DNA of 64,000 nucleotides, from the sequence record OQ718158.1. One strand, written 5' to 3'. A program made the translations under genes and the position numbers. Below are positions 29,071 to 38,819 of the stretch, in pieces. The first letter of the stretch is position 1, and each line of letters opens with the position of its first letter. The notes under the pieces were generated by a model, which was not told the DNA's origin, did not search any database, and saw only the letters and a program-made list of their open reading frames with translations.

Positions 29071-30180
29071 TTATTTTGGTAAATCAATTTTAGTAAAGAC
29101 TGCAACATCCTCGCTTGCCCCTGGGATGGCGTAATAAGAACCAGTACTATATACATCTCCGTCTTTTGTTAATATTGAAGTTAAACCATCACTAAAAAGA
29201 ACATCACTAATCTCACTAACTGAAACAGGTAATTGTAAATTAGTAGCACTATATATTGCACCAGTTTGAGAATTGTTTAATCCCAAACCACGGTTCGCCC
29301 CAACACCCTTCTGATATGTACTAGTAATTATAATTTGTGTAGCAGTATTTAATGCAGGTGAATTCGTCATAAACAACGGAGAACTATTAGGCAAAGAACT
29401 TACAGGAACTGCACGAAATGTAGTTGTATCTGAACTAAGAAAGTTTGGCGTTTGACCACATACGAAATATGATGTACCATTATAGTAATTAAATGCATTA
29501 CCACCTATAGCTGCATCTATTACTCCAGTACTACGTAATCCCCACGTGTTAATTTGTGTTCGGTTCCCCGTGCCATGCTGACCCCTGTCATTCCACCCAG
29601 AACTATATAACTTATTATCTAATGTAATATACATACTGTCATTTGAATTCGTCATTACTTTACGCACATTAGTAGCACATTGAGTTAATGTGTAAATTGA
29701 TGATGAACCAATACCTAAAGCACCACGATATCCATTAGCCCCTGCACCATAGAGTACTGAACTAGTGCTAAGTACAAATATTAAACCATACGAACATACT
29801 ATATCAGCAATTTCATTTACCGATAGTACACTCGTAAACCACGCAGTCCTATCAACTAATACAGTACTGTAAGAAGTCCCAGTAGAAGACGAAAACCAAT
29901 AAGTCTCACCAGCAGTCCATATAGTATTGTCACTCTTAATAACAACAACTGTACGATCACCAGCAAAAAAATTAGTAACTTCTGTACTCACTAATCTCCA
30001 TGAAGATACAGTGTTGGTATTACCATTTCCAGATTCACCACCTTGATTTCTACCTATGTAATATAAATCATGTGAATCAGTCAATAAGAATTGACCCTGT
30101 GTAGACGCACCAACTTTTATTATATTTTTAGGACCAGGTGTGATATTCCCATAATCAAACATTCTTACAAAAGGTAACAT
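29071..30180 (-). CDS. RCC1/BLIP-II-like beta-propeller protein (member 9)
   Basis: MLPFVRMFDYGN; LYSSGWNDRGQHGTG. Confidence 0.88.
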   Translation of the reverse strand: MLPFVRMFDYGNITPGPKNIIKVGASTQGQFLLTDSHDLYYIGRNQGGESGNGNTNTVSSWRLVSTEVTNFFAGDRTVVVIKSDNTIWTAGETYWFSSSTGTSYSTVLVDRTAWFTSVLSVNEIADIVCSYGLIFVLSTSSVLYGAGANGYRGALGIGSSSIYTLTQCATNVRKVMTNSNDSMYITLDNKLYSSGWNDRGQHGTGNRTQINTWGLRSTGVIDAAIGGNAFNYYNGTSYFVCGQTPNFLSSDTTTFRAVPVSSLPNSSPLFMTNSPALNTATQIIITSTYQKGVGANRGLGLNNSQTGAIYSATNLQLPVSVSEISDVLFSDGLTSILTKDGDVYSTGSYYAIPGASEDVAVFTKIDLPK

Positions 30181-30190
30181 ATTTCTCTCC

Positions 30191-31321
30191 TTAATTTAAT
30201 AATGCCCCTGGCAAATCCACTTTGACGAATTGTGCATATGCTGAGGAATTTTGATCAAAGTTTGGTCCCAATCCATAAAATGAGCTAATGCCGTCTTCAT
30301 TTGTGTATATGATATAAACGTTCTTTACATCATTTCCGCATATAAATCGAATGTCTTTCGTTTGTGTTCCCGCTGGAACATTACGAAGGTTCACAACGCC
30401 ATTACTTGCATTGTTATCAGCCGACGCAATTGGTAATTGATTTTGACCATATTGACCACGCATATTTTTTGCATCTAAACCAAACACAGTATCTGATACC
30501 GCACCAACTTTCAAAAATGAACCAAAACTATTATTGAATGACTTTGGAAATGTACCACTATAAACACTTCTCCCATCTGATAATACCGCTGAACTGAATT
30601 TCCCGCTATTCGATATGGCAAATTCATTGTAAGGAAGTGTACCCATTTTGGTATATACAGAATATGAATTAGTGGAAGTATTATCAATAATCTTATTACC
30701 ATTATATCCAATACCATACTGGTATCCGTCTGCATCTTGAACTATACACAAAGGACCACTTGGGGTTTGTGTCAACGAAACAACACGTTCAACTTGTATA
30801 TCACCAAATGTATTTCTTCGCCATGTTCTATCTATTATAGTACTAGTATTACCCAAAGATAATGCCACACTATATAATAGATTGTTTTCAGTAAAAATGG
30901 CAACATAATATGCGTGGTTAATAACTTGCTTCATCCCAGCATCAATAACTTCCTGTGGAATATGATCAGTAACATCCAACCAATCAAGGTTAGATGATGC
31001 AATATCTGGAGTACTGAATTTGTCAAATCTAGTTGAGCCACAAACTAGCACTCTATCATCATTTGTCAAAGCCACTGTGCTAGTCTGCATATTAGAACTG
31101 AATGATTTAACATTACTAATGTTAGACTTGTACCAACCCTTATCAGCAGCACCCACCGTGAATCCGGTTCCCATTGATCCACTTGTACTTGTACCATAAG
31201 CCCACATCTCACCACTATATGTTAGTGCCATACAGTGGCTTCCATTTGCTTGGAAATCCTTTATACCAGTGGGAGCAACCACTGTATTCCCATAATCAAA
31301 CATTCTAACAAAAGGTAACAT
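30191..31321 (-). CDS. divergent RCC1-like beta-propeller protein (member 10)
   Basis: MLPFVRMFDYGN; GEMWAYGTSTSGSMGTG; more degenerate repeats. Confidence 0.8.
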   Translation of the reverse strand: MLPFVRMFDYGNTVVAPTGIKDFQANGSHCMALTYSGEMWAYGTSTSGSMGTGFTVGAADKGWYKSNISNVKSFSSNMQTSTVALTNDDRVLVCGSTRFDKFSTPDIASSNLDWLDVTDHIPQEVIDAGMKQVINHAYYVAIFTENNLLYSVALSLGNTSTIIDRTWRRNTFGDIQVERVVSLTQTPSGPLCIVQDADGYQYGIGYNGNKIIDNTSTNSYSVYTKMGTLPYNEFAISNSGKFSSAVLSDGRSVYSGTFPKSFNNSFGSFLKVGAVSDTVFGLDAKNMRGQYGQNQLPIASADNNASNGVVNLRNVPAGTQTKDIRFICGNDVKNVYIIYTNEDGISSFYGLGPNFDQNSSAYAQFVKVDLPGALLN

Positions 31322-31398
31322 AACTAATTCTCCAAATTCAAATAATTATAATGTATTTACAAAAAAAATACCAGCACATATTTCAGTACTGGTATCAT

Positions 31399-32580
31399 TT
31401 ATGGTAAAATGATAGATTGTAACGAACTCATACCCAATGCTGGAACACTAGCCTGTGGTGCTGGAGAATTCAATTTTGGTGATGAAACCGCATATGACAT
31501 TCCTGAACCCAAATCTGGATCAAAAACTACAGCACAATAATTCCCACTATATATAAGTCCATTCTTGTATCCTTGTGCACTTTGAATGCATTTCGTGAAC
31601 GTACCAATATCTGTAGTGGCATTTATTAAGTTCCTCCCACGATAACCGCAGGTGTATATGAAATTATCATCGCCTATGTACATACTAGAATCCCCAGAAG
31701 AACTACATAGATACGACATATAAGCACGCATGTTTTTAGGAGCAACTGACAATGTACCTGCATAGAATTTATTATTCGAACCCGTAATATCACCATCACC
31801 CAATGCACCAAAACTTCCCCAGCCAGTACCATAATATCTCTTATCACTCAAGAATATAATACAGTTGTTATTACACATCTTGACTTGATATATCAATGAA
31901 GGATCAACCCCAGGGAATGATTCAGTGTATGTTAGAACAGCCAGATCAGTACTAGCATTACATTGATGATATGTATTAGTACCAGCGGACAAGATTGTTC
32001 CATTAGCTAACAGAATTCTCGCAGTACCAGTACCAGCAGTACAAGCAACTGCACTTCCTGCACTTCCGGTGTATATTTGTCTGAAAGTAAAGAAACCAAC
32101 AGTTTTACTTCCCTGCCCACTCCAACCAGTATTATCAACTCCACACGCCCATACTGAACCATCTTGCATGATCATCATTACACCAAAGCGTTCTATTGAA
32201 ATATAAACAATCTTCGTTGTATCAACTGCACTAAATCTAGAAGTTATATCAGTCCATACCTTAACACTTACCGCCGTCGCACTGGAAGTAGGATCTTCAC
32301 CAGCTATCATTATCCTCCCATTGTTAGTAAGATACATTGTCTGACTATAACCAGTACTACAAAACTTAACACTATCAGTCTCTGGAACTTTTAACCACTC
32401 GTTGTAACGTGTTACGTTAGTGTTATTACCTAACTGATAATAGTTATTCATCCCAGATACATATAACACACCATCCTTTATTAAACTATAAGTCGCACTA
32501 TAGTCACTACAGGTATAACGTGTACCCACAGGTCGCTCAACGACGTTCCCATAATCAAACATTCTAACAAAAGGTAACAT
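31399..32580 (-). CDS. RCC1/BLIP-II-like beta-propeller protein (member 11)
   Basis: MLPFVRMFDYGN; GVLYVSGMNNYYQLGNN, YGTGWGSFGALGDG. Confidence 0.88.
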   Translation of the reverse strand: MLPFVRMFDYGNVVERPVGTRYTCSDYSATYSLIKDGVLYVSGMNNYYQLGNNTNVTRYNEWLKVPETDSVKFCSTGYSQTMYLTNNGRIMIAGEDPTSSATAVSVKVWTDITSRFSAVDTTKIVYISIERFGVMMIMQDGSVWACGVDNTGWSGQGSKTVGFFTFRQIYTGSAGSAVACTAGTGTARILLANGTILSAGTNTYHQCNASTDLAVLTYTESFPGVDPSLIYQVKMCNNNCIIFLSDKRYYGTGWGSFGALGDGDITGSNNKFYAGTLSVAPKNMRAYMSYLCSSSGDSSMYIGDDNFIYTCGYRGRNLINATTDIGTFTKCIQSAQGYKNGLIYSGNYCAVVFDPDLGSGMSYAVSSPKLNSPAPQASVPALGMSSLQSIILP

Positions 32581-32653
32581 AATAAAATCTCCGTAATTAA
32601 ATTATATAGTATTTACAAAAAATACCAGTACATATTTCAGTACTGACCTATTA

Positions 32654-33775
32654 TTAAAAGGGCAACGGTAACTCAGTAAAAGTACTTACGTCCGGTAAAC
32701 CATACATTGAATTAGCATCACCACAGTAATACCACTTCGTAGAATCATGTACCACCGATAAACGCTGTGCACATAACACTTCCTGTATGTCATTAAACAC
32801 CATCGGGACTAACTCATATGTATCCGCAAATGAAGATACACCACCACTCGCATGAAAAGTATTCGTCCCAGCATAAAATAACTGATTAGTGTTCTTACCC
32901 ACAGCAAATGTCATCAATATCCCATCATTCTCCCATAAAGAAGAAAACTTATCAACACTACCAGAAAGCTCTGTGTAAGTACTCGTAATGGCACTCGCAG
33001 CCGCCGCATTACCCATCTGTTTATTCAAGTTCTGTCCAGCAATAAAATATCTCGTGCGTGCACTAGAATCAGTATATAATAACCCAGTGTTCGTAGTCAT
33101 CATTCCAATGTCCTTAATCGTCATACCAGTCTGTGAATAACTTAGATACGAAGTTAAACTACCATTATTACCCAACGAACCGTTATCACTCATGCCACAA
33201 CGATGTAATATACCACTTGTATCAACGTAGATAGTACTAACTAAACTCGTATACAACTCTTGTACATTATTCGCAATAAACACAGCAGTCGCCTTATTAC
33301 TAACCCCACCAAATGATAGGTTATTATCAAATCCCTTAGCGTATAATTGATTATTAGTAGTCAATAATCCAATCGTGAAATAAGACATTTTCATATCCCT
33401 TACTGTACTCAAATCTACTGCCCCAAATTGGTGCGTAACATCTGTCCATGTGAAAATCTGTGCACTACCAACACCACCCGTTTCAAACCATTTGTCACCA
33501 CAGTACAATATGCGATTACCCTTAGTAAAGATAACTGTTACCAATCCACTACCACACGCAAACTTTACATCACTTCTAACCTTCGTCCAATCAAGTACAT
33601 AGGTAGTGGTGTTATTACCTATACCTAACTTGCCATAACGGTTATAACCACGCACCCACAAATCACCACTCTTAGTAATTAATAGTAATGCGTCTCCTGT
33701 ACTTATTATTCGAAATCCCGAACTAGGATCAGGTACTTCATTTCCATAATCAAACATTCTAACAAAAGGTAACAT
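32654..33775 (-). CDS. RCC1/BLIP-II-like beta-propeller protein (member 12)
   Basis: MLPFVRMFDYGN; GDLWVRGYNRYGKLGIG. Confidence 0.88.
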   Translation of the reverse strand: MLPFVRMFDYGNEVPDPSSGFRIISTGDALLLITKSGDLWVRGYNRYGKLGIGNNTTTYVLDWTKVRSDVKFACGSGLVTVIFTKGNRILYCGDKWFETGGVGSAQIFTWTDVTHQFGAVDLSTVRDMKMSYFTIGLLTTNNQLYAKGFDNNLSFGGVSNKATAVFIANNVQELYTSLVSTIYVDTSGILHRCGMSDNGSLGNNGSLTSYLSYSQTGMTIKDIGMMTTNTGLLYTDSSARTRYFIAGQNLNKQMGNAAAASAITSTYTELSGSVDKFSSLWENDGILMTFAVGKNTNQLFYAGTNTFHASGGVSSFADTYELVPMVFNDIQEVLCAQRLSVVHDSTKWYYCGDANSMYGLPDVSTFTELPLPF

Positions 33776-33848
33776 ATATCCCTCCTTTATTCATTATACT
33801 ATATTTAATCAAAAAAGAAATGCCAGTACTCAAGTACTGGCATAGTAT

Positions 33849-34976
33849 TCAAAAAGGTAAATCAATTTGCTTAGTAATAATAGTATCTAACGGTATTGAA
33901 CACAATGAGAAATTCTTTCCACCCGTATTTTCAGGATTATATCCATTCATCCATACATTATTACCTTCGTAAAATGTATTCCAGTATAAAGACCCACTAT
34001 ATCGTGTATTCGAATTGAACGATGTAAAATTGAATTCTTGAAATGCTGTAAAATATGGAAGGGAACTTGAACTACTTCCCGTAAATGGGGTATGCCCAGT
34101 TGCTATTAGTTTGTTTGTATCTGCATTAATTAAAAATACAACACTAGTCGAATAGTCCAACGAATCAGGATGATATATATTACTCATATCACCTATAGTA
34201 AAACCAACATCAAAAACTTTACTATGTGCACCACTACCAGCAAAAGTAGTTCCAGTTGCATATATTTTATTATCAGATGTTATCATTACAAAACCAACAC
34301 CAGAAACAAAACTGCATTTTATATCATAAGATATATCATCAAACAACGGAACAAATGTGGTTGCATCACCCGATGTTGCTTTAACTTGAAAGCTGTTATT
34401 TGAACCTGAACCATATACAGTTCCATCGTTTTTAATCTTAAACAATGTATCGCCAAGGTAACCGCCAAATATATTATCCACATTAGTGTCAAGTACAGTC
34501 CACGCTGAAACATAATTTTTATGTCCTAAACCTAATGTACCACTTCGATTCCATCCTCTTCCATAAAGTGTTCCGTCTTTCATTAATATAAATGCTGTAT
34601 AACCACATAACATTTTTTTAATTTGGGTAACATCTATACCAGTGAAATACACAGCCCAGTCAGTATATCCTTGTTGGAAAGTATTAGAATTCGTGAATGC
34701 ATATGTTGAACCTGAACCATATATTTTATCACCTTTAATAACAACGGAAAACGATCCTAACCATAAGTCATCAACTTCAGTTGTGATTTGTTGAACTGCT
34801 CCTAACGATACAAACTGTGTACTTAAACCCGCATTATAGTTTGAATCTTCACCGTGTGCATATACAGTGCCATCTTGCATTAGAAACATTTCAAGAGTGT
34901 AACTAACAACACTTTTCTTTATATTATTAACTTCGATTATATTCCCATAATCAAACATTCTAACAAAAGGTAACAT
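33849..34976 (-). CDS. RCC1/BLIP-II-like beta-propeller protein (member 13)
   Basis: MLPFVRMFDYGN; GTLYGRGWNRSGTLGLG. Confidence 0.88.
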   Translation of the reverse strand: MLPFVRMFDYGNIIEVNNIKKSVVSYTLEMFLMQDGTVYAHGEDSNYNAGLSTQFVSLGAVQQITTEVDDLWLGSFSVVIKGDKIYGSGSTYAFTNSNTFQQGYTDWAVYFTGIDVTQIKKMLCGYTAFILMKDGTLYGRGWNRSGTLGLGHKNYVSAWTVLDTNVDNIFGGYLGDTLFKIKNDGTVYGSGSNNSFQVKATSGDATTFVPLFDDISYDIKCSFVSGVGFVMITSDNKIYATGTTFAGSGAHSKVFDVGFTIGDMSNIYHPDSLDYSTSVVFLINADTNKLIATGHTPFTGSSSSSLPYFTAFQEFNFTSFNSNTRYSGSLYWNTFYEGNNVWMNGYNPENTGGKNFSLCSIPLDTIITKQIDLPF

Positions 34977-35045
34977 AATTCCCTCCTTTATTCATTATAC
35001 TATATTTAATCAAAAAAAGCCAGTATCAAGTACTGGCATATTAAT

Positions 35046-36194
35046 TTACTGCAAAAATGACATATCGACTTCTGTATAATTAAGAACGTTCTGTCCAGAA
35101 ATACCACCCATTACTACTATTGCAAGGCCACAATAATATAATTTTCCAGTATCAGTAAGTATAAGTGAACCAGATGGGGTGCGTACCAAATTACAAGAGG
35201 TATTAAACGAAGTATATGAAGGAGTATAGGAGTACTGATTAATATTATTACCAACACCTAATTGACCAGACGCGTTGCTTCCAGATGCATAAAGTACTTC
35301 ATCACCTTTAACTATATGTGATGCCATGTTACCAACACAAGTATATAAACTATAAACACCTGCACTCAATAATGTGGGGGTTTTATATTGTATATCAGTA
35401 GAAGAGGAAGTACCACCTGTACCAAATTCGTTCCCATATTGTGCACCGAACTGTTTACCACAAGCGTACAAATTATTATCCGATTTGATAAAAAATGTAC
35501 TCTGATAACTTACATTAAAATCTATAACATCCGAAGAAATCATCGTCACCCCAGTAATAGAAGTTTGATTACCCGTGCCCAACTGGTAGTAATAGTTAAA
35601 ACCACAACCCCATAAAGTATTATCTTCTCGCAAATAAATGTTACCAACTGCCTTTTTAACCGAAGTTATAGTATCTACTCTTTTGAATGTGTTAAAAGAA
35701 TTAATGTTTGTGCCATCACCAAATGATGATATGTTCGATATATTGTTAGCTCCACAACAATACAATGTACCATCGTTTGTTATCAAATTCACCTTCATAT
35801 CATAAAAACTACTCATGTATTTTATATCAGAAACATTAATACCACTTGATGTTATCCACGTAGTACAGTCCGTCCACAAAGTTTTTCTATCAGTTACACC
35901 AGTGAATGCCTTCGTGTTACCAGTGATAAAAACTTTTCCAGTACCTTTCTCTTCATACAATTGACAATCACTACTGTTATCTTCCAATAGAACTCGTTTA
36001 ACATTCTCCGCACAAAGAATAAATTTACTCGATGCTACACCTGTACCAGTACCCCAATTCGTCGCAGAAGATGCATACAACTTATCAGTATAAGTATCAT
36101 GAAGATACATAGAATCACTGGAATATATTTTAAAACGCCCAGAGTTGGTAGGTGCTTCATTCCCATAATCAAACATTCTTACAAAAGGTAACAT
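35046..36194 (-). CDS. RCC1/BLIP-II-like beta-propeller protein (member 14)
   Basis: MLPFVRMFDYGN; LWGCGFNYYYQLGTG, LYASGSNASGQLGVG. Confidence 0.88.
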   Translation of the reverse strand: MLPFVRMFDYGNEAPTNSGRFKIYSSDSMYLHDTYTDKLYASSATNWGTGTGVASSKFILCAENVKRVLLEDNSSDCQLYEEKGTGKVFITGNTKAFTGVTDRKTLWTDCTTWITSSGINVSDIKYMSSFYDMKVNLITNDGTLYCCGANNISNISSFGDGTNINSFNTFKRVDTITSVKKAVGNIYLREDNTLWGCGFNYYYQLGTGNQTSITGVTMISSDVIDFNVSYQSTFFIKSDNNLYACGKQFGAQYGNEFGTGGTSSSTDIQYKTPTLLSAGVYSLYTCVGNMASHIVKGDEVLYASGSNASGQLGVGNNINQYSYTPSYTSFNTSCNLVRTPSGSLILTDTGKLYYCGLAIVVMGGISGQNVLNYTEVDMSFLQ

Positions 36195-36206
36195 ATTTCC
36201 TCCAAA

Positions 36207-37112
36207 TTATTTAAAAACATACTGCGTATTAACACGTGTCCCGTTGTCGTAACCAAGTACGTAAAATATTTCAGCACTATTATTAGAGCCAAATAATGCA
36301 CCAGTACTATTACTCAACGTTGTATTGATAGCTAATGGTATCCATTTGTTTTGCTCGGCATCATATTTTAATAAATTTAATGCACCATAAGATACTGCAT
36401 ATATACCTTTGTCATATCTATTGTAAATTATCTTACTAGGGTTAGCTCCACCAACTGCTGCCATTCTTGACCAAACCGCACTCTCTATGTGATATTTTTG
36501 TGCAGGAGTAGATCCTTGTCCTGTAAAATATATGTAAGTACCATCAGTGCACATATCACCACCACCATTGTTTGTTGTATTCCCAGTAGTACCTAACGAT
36601 GTCCATGTATTAGTACTCGGCGTATAACTATATAATGCAGTATTAGACGGTGAACCCCACAAATATATCTTATCCCCTGTAGTAATCATCTTACTATATA
36701 CTGCCTGGTTAGGTTTGCCAACACTTGTATTATTCAGTGTCCATGTATCAGAGCTTATGTCATATACATAAAAATTATTATTAGCAACATTCGCTGCACC
36801 TAAACCACCGAACAAATATATTTTTCCTTGATAGGCACACAATGCACTTCCATAGGTGGATACTGGTGGTGATGATAATTGTACCCATATTCTAGAATTT
36901 AAATTAAAACTCCATAACTGATTATCCTGGTTCGAAGTATTCATTATACCACCAAATATATAAGCAGTATTTCTTGATGCATCATACGTATAACCAAAGT
37001 TATTTCGTGCTGAAGGTACTGGTGATGTGGTAAATTGAGTTCGTATACCACCATTTGGGGCTGGTAATGGAGCTTCATTCCCATAATCAAACATTCTAAC
37101 AAAAGGTAACAT
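36207..37112 (-). CDS. Kelch-repeat beta-propeller protein with the same N-terminal tag (member 15)
   Basis: true start 37112 (MLPFVRMFDYGN); AYIFGG, IYLFGG, YVYDISSDTW, YSYTPSTNTW. Confidence 0.88.
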   Translation of the reverse strand: MLPFVRMFDYGNEAPLPAPNGGIRTQFTTSPVPSARNNFGYTYDASRNTAYIFGGIMNTSNQDNQLWSFNLNSRIWVQLSSPPVSTYGSALCAYQGKIYLFGGLGAANVANNNFYVYDISSDTWTLNNTSVGKPNQAVYSKMITTGDKIYLWGSPSNTALYSYTPSTNTWTSLGTTGNTTNNGGGDMCTDGTYIYFTGQGSTPAQKYHIESAVWSRMAAVGGANPSKIIYNRYDKGIYAVSYGALNLLKYDAEQNKWIPLAINTTLSNSTGALFGSNNSAEIFYVLGYDNGTRVNTQYVFK

Positions 37113-37160
37113 ATTTCCTCCTTTATTCATTATATCATATTTACCCCATAAACAAAACCC

Positions 37161-37189
37161 TTGACATCCTTTCAGTACTGGTGTACTAT
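37161..37189 (+). promoter_or_regulatory. sigma70 early promoter for the mini-gene operon
   Basis: TTGACA-17-TACTAT, AGTACT in the spacer; divergent from the Kelch gene promoter. Confidence 0.8.
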
Positions 37190-37214
37190 AGAAGGAATAC
37201 AAGGAGAACTACAC

Positions 37215-37442
37215 ATGACAGCTACACTTAAGTACTACATTAATACTCTAAATGAACTAGAGTACGGTAAGTTTCTCGCGGATAGTTCGTGGCTAATTGA
37301 GCTAAAAACACATAACAGTACTGGATGTAACCTTATGCTGAACAATGCACTTGATACCCTTGTAGTGAGTATTTTACACAGCACCATCTGCGGGGATAGC
37401 AATAAACAATTATCAAAAATCTTAGTACTGGTAGCTCTATGA
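37215..37442 (+). CDS. tandem mini-protein
   Basis: ATG 37215 after AAGGAG; KYYINTL...ILVLVAL. Confidence 0.7.
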   Translation: MTATLKYYINTLNELEYGKFLADSSWLIELKTHNSTGCNLMLNNALDTLVVSILHSTICGDSNKQLSKILVLVAL

Positions 37443-37651
37443 ACACTATGAACATTGAACAGTACTACATTGATGCACTGCCAACAAAAGGTCTACGAGA
37501 AAGCCTACTGTATACACAAAATAATTATATAAACCTCAAACATTGTCCTAAACTATTGAACTCGTACAGGAATAATAAAATAAGAAATGCTGTACAAGGG
37601 GTAGAAAGTATGCAATACTATTACATCCTAACCCTTTTAATCGAGCACTAA
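37439..37651 (+). CDS. tandem mini-protein (paralog of 37850)
   Basis: MNIEQYYIDALP...VQGV..YY.IL.L. Confidence 0.75.
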   Translation: MNTMNIEQYYIDALPTKGLRESLLYTQNNYINLKHCPKLLNSYRNNKIRNAVQGVESMQYYYILTLLIEH

Positions 37652-37652
37652 T

Positions 37653-37838
37653 ATGTATAAAGAATTCTACTGTAGTAAGCTGCACAAACAATACAGAGAT
37701 TCATTTCCCAATGAACCTATGGATATGAATAGTCCCTTTTATAAATTTGACTTCAGACTGGAGACACGTTATGCAATAGAACATCAATTTCCTGAAACTA
37801 AGTACTTATCTATCATGAACCTCATCTTTAAGTTCTAA
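37653..37838 (+). CDS. tandem mini-protein
   Basis: MYKEFY..KL...YL.IM.LIF. Confidence 0.75.
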   Translation: MYKEFYCSKLHKQYRDSFPNEPMDMNSPFYKFDFRLETRYAIEHQFPETKYLSIMNLIFKF

Positions 37839-37849
37839 AAGAGTACTAT

Positions 37850-38062
37850 ATGAAAACTATGAACATACACCAGTACTACTTAGATATTCTCCCTAAAGAT
37901 GTACAGTTCATCCTTAAACAAGAATACAGTACTTTAAAAAACCTTAAAAGATCCGCACCGAATGTATTAATCCTGCACCAAGAAAATGTAGTTGATAATA
38001 TTCTACAAGGTGTACCAGGGACCGAGTACTTTAACATAATAAGGCTAATTACATTACCATGA
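37850..38062 (+). CDS. tandem mini-protein (paralog of 37439)
   Basis: MNIHQYYLDILP...LQGV..YF.II.L. Confidence 0.75.
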   Translation: MKTMNIHQYYLDILPKDVQFILKQEYSTLKNLKRSAPNVLILHQENVVDNILQGVPGTEYFNIIRLITLP

Positions 38063-38244
38063 ATCATATATTATACTATTACCAAAATCTATCCGACAGG
38101 GACAAGTACACCCACAACTCCAATGTATGGTACTACAAACGCGGTAGTATAAGAGACAAACAACATTACTTCTGTATTGCTATAAAAGAAGCACTAACAA
38201 CTAAGTACACGTACAGAGCAGTACTGAAACTTATTGATATGTAA
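38059..38244 (+). CDS. tandem mini-protein, subfamily A
   Basis: ends KYTYRAVLKLI. Confidence 0.75.
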   Translation: MNHILYYYQNLSDRDKYTHNSNVWYYKRGSIRDKQHYFCIAIKEALTTKYTYRAVLKLIDM

Positions 38245-38254
38245 AGAGAATACT

Positions 38255-38437
38255 ATGAGCATTGAATTGTACTTAAGTAAATTACAGCCTGGCGATAGAT
38301 TCATCTACAATAAGTTCGAATTCAACTACAAGAACGGGAGCAACAAATATCGTCGAGGATACCTATATACAAGCACAAGAGATGCACAAAACGAAAAGTA
38401 CACATACAGAGAAGTACTTAAACTAATCTCTATTTGA
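38255..38437 (+). CDS. tandem mini-protein, subfamily A
   Basis: start trimmed to MSIELY; ends KYTYREVLKLI. Confidence 0.75.
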   Translation: MSIELYLSKLQPGDRFIYNKFEFNYKNGSNKYRRGYLYTSTRDAQNEKYTYREVLKLISI

Positions 38438-38445
38438 GGTAATAT

Positions 38446-38631
38446 ATGAATACATTTGAGTACTATACAAATAAACTATCTATGCCTGAAAGATCTCATC
38501 TCTATGTGTGGAGAAATGCGTATAAAAGCGGCAATAAACTTATACAAAGAAATTCCCTTACAGTGTGTACAAATTTAATTAAAGCAGAGTACCGCACATA
38601 TATTGAAGTACTCAAACTGATAGCAATCTAA
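38446..38631 (+). CDS. tandem mini-protein, subfamily A
   Basis: MNTFEYY; ends YIEVLKLI. Confidence 0.75.
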   Translation: MNTFEYYTNKLSMPERSHLYVWRNAYKSGNKLIQRNSLTVCTNLIKAEYRTYIEVLKLIAI

Positions 38632-38639
38632 GGTACTCT

Positions 38640-38819
38640 ATGCAAGAATTCTATATCTATAACCTCCAGCACAAAGATAGATACAACTATAATAAATTCC
38701 AAAGGTACTACACAGTCGGGAACAAAAGAGATAAAAAACGTTATCTACTCTCGTGTACAGTAGAAGCACAAAACGAAAAGTACACGTACAGAGAAGTACT
38801 TAAACTAATCTTAATCTAA
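38640..38819 (+). CDS. tandem mini-protein, subfamily A (59 aa, not in ORF track)
   Basis: MQEFYIYNLQHKDRY...EKYTYREVLKLILI, translated by hand. Confidence 0.75.
   Translation: MQEFYIYNLQHKDRYNYNKFQRYYTVGNKRDKKRYLLSCTVEAQNEKYTYREVLKLILI

Larger units (their letters stand above)
21653..37140 (-). repeat. repeated ~70-110 bp intergenic/5-prime cassette (terminator, TAAATA..TATAAT, AAGGAGG, ATGTTACCTTTTG)
   Basis: near-identical copies at 21653, 24046, 25296, 26562, 27775, 29000, 33776, 34977; variants at 31322, 32581, 37113. Confidence 0.9.

Noticed and set aside
18633-36194. RCC1 motif read as a chromosome or DNA condensation function
   Set aside because: The RCC1 repeat only indicates a 7-bladed propeller. 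The proteins are not basic, and nothing supports GEF or condensation activity.
21723-37202. Extended starts for 21723..22922 and 36207..37202
   Set aside because: The family tag MLPF and the SD sequences place the starts at 22883 and 37112.
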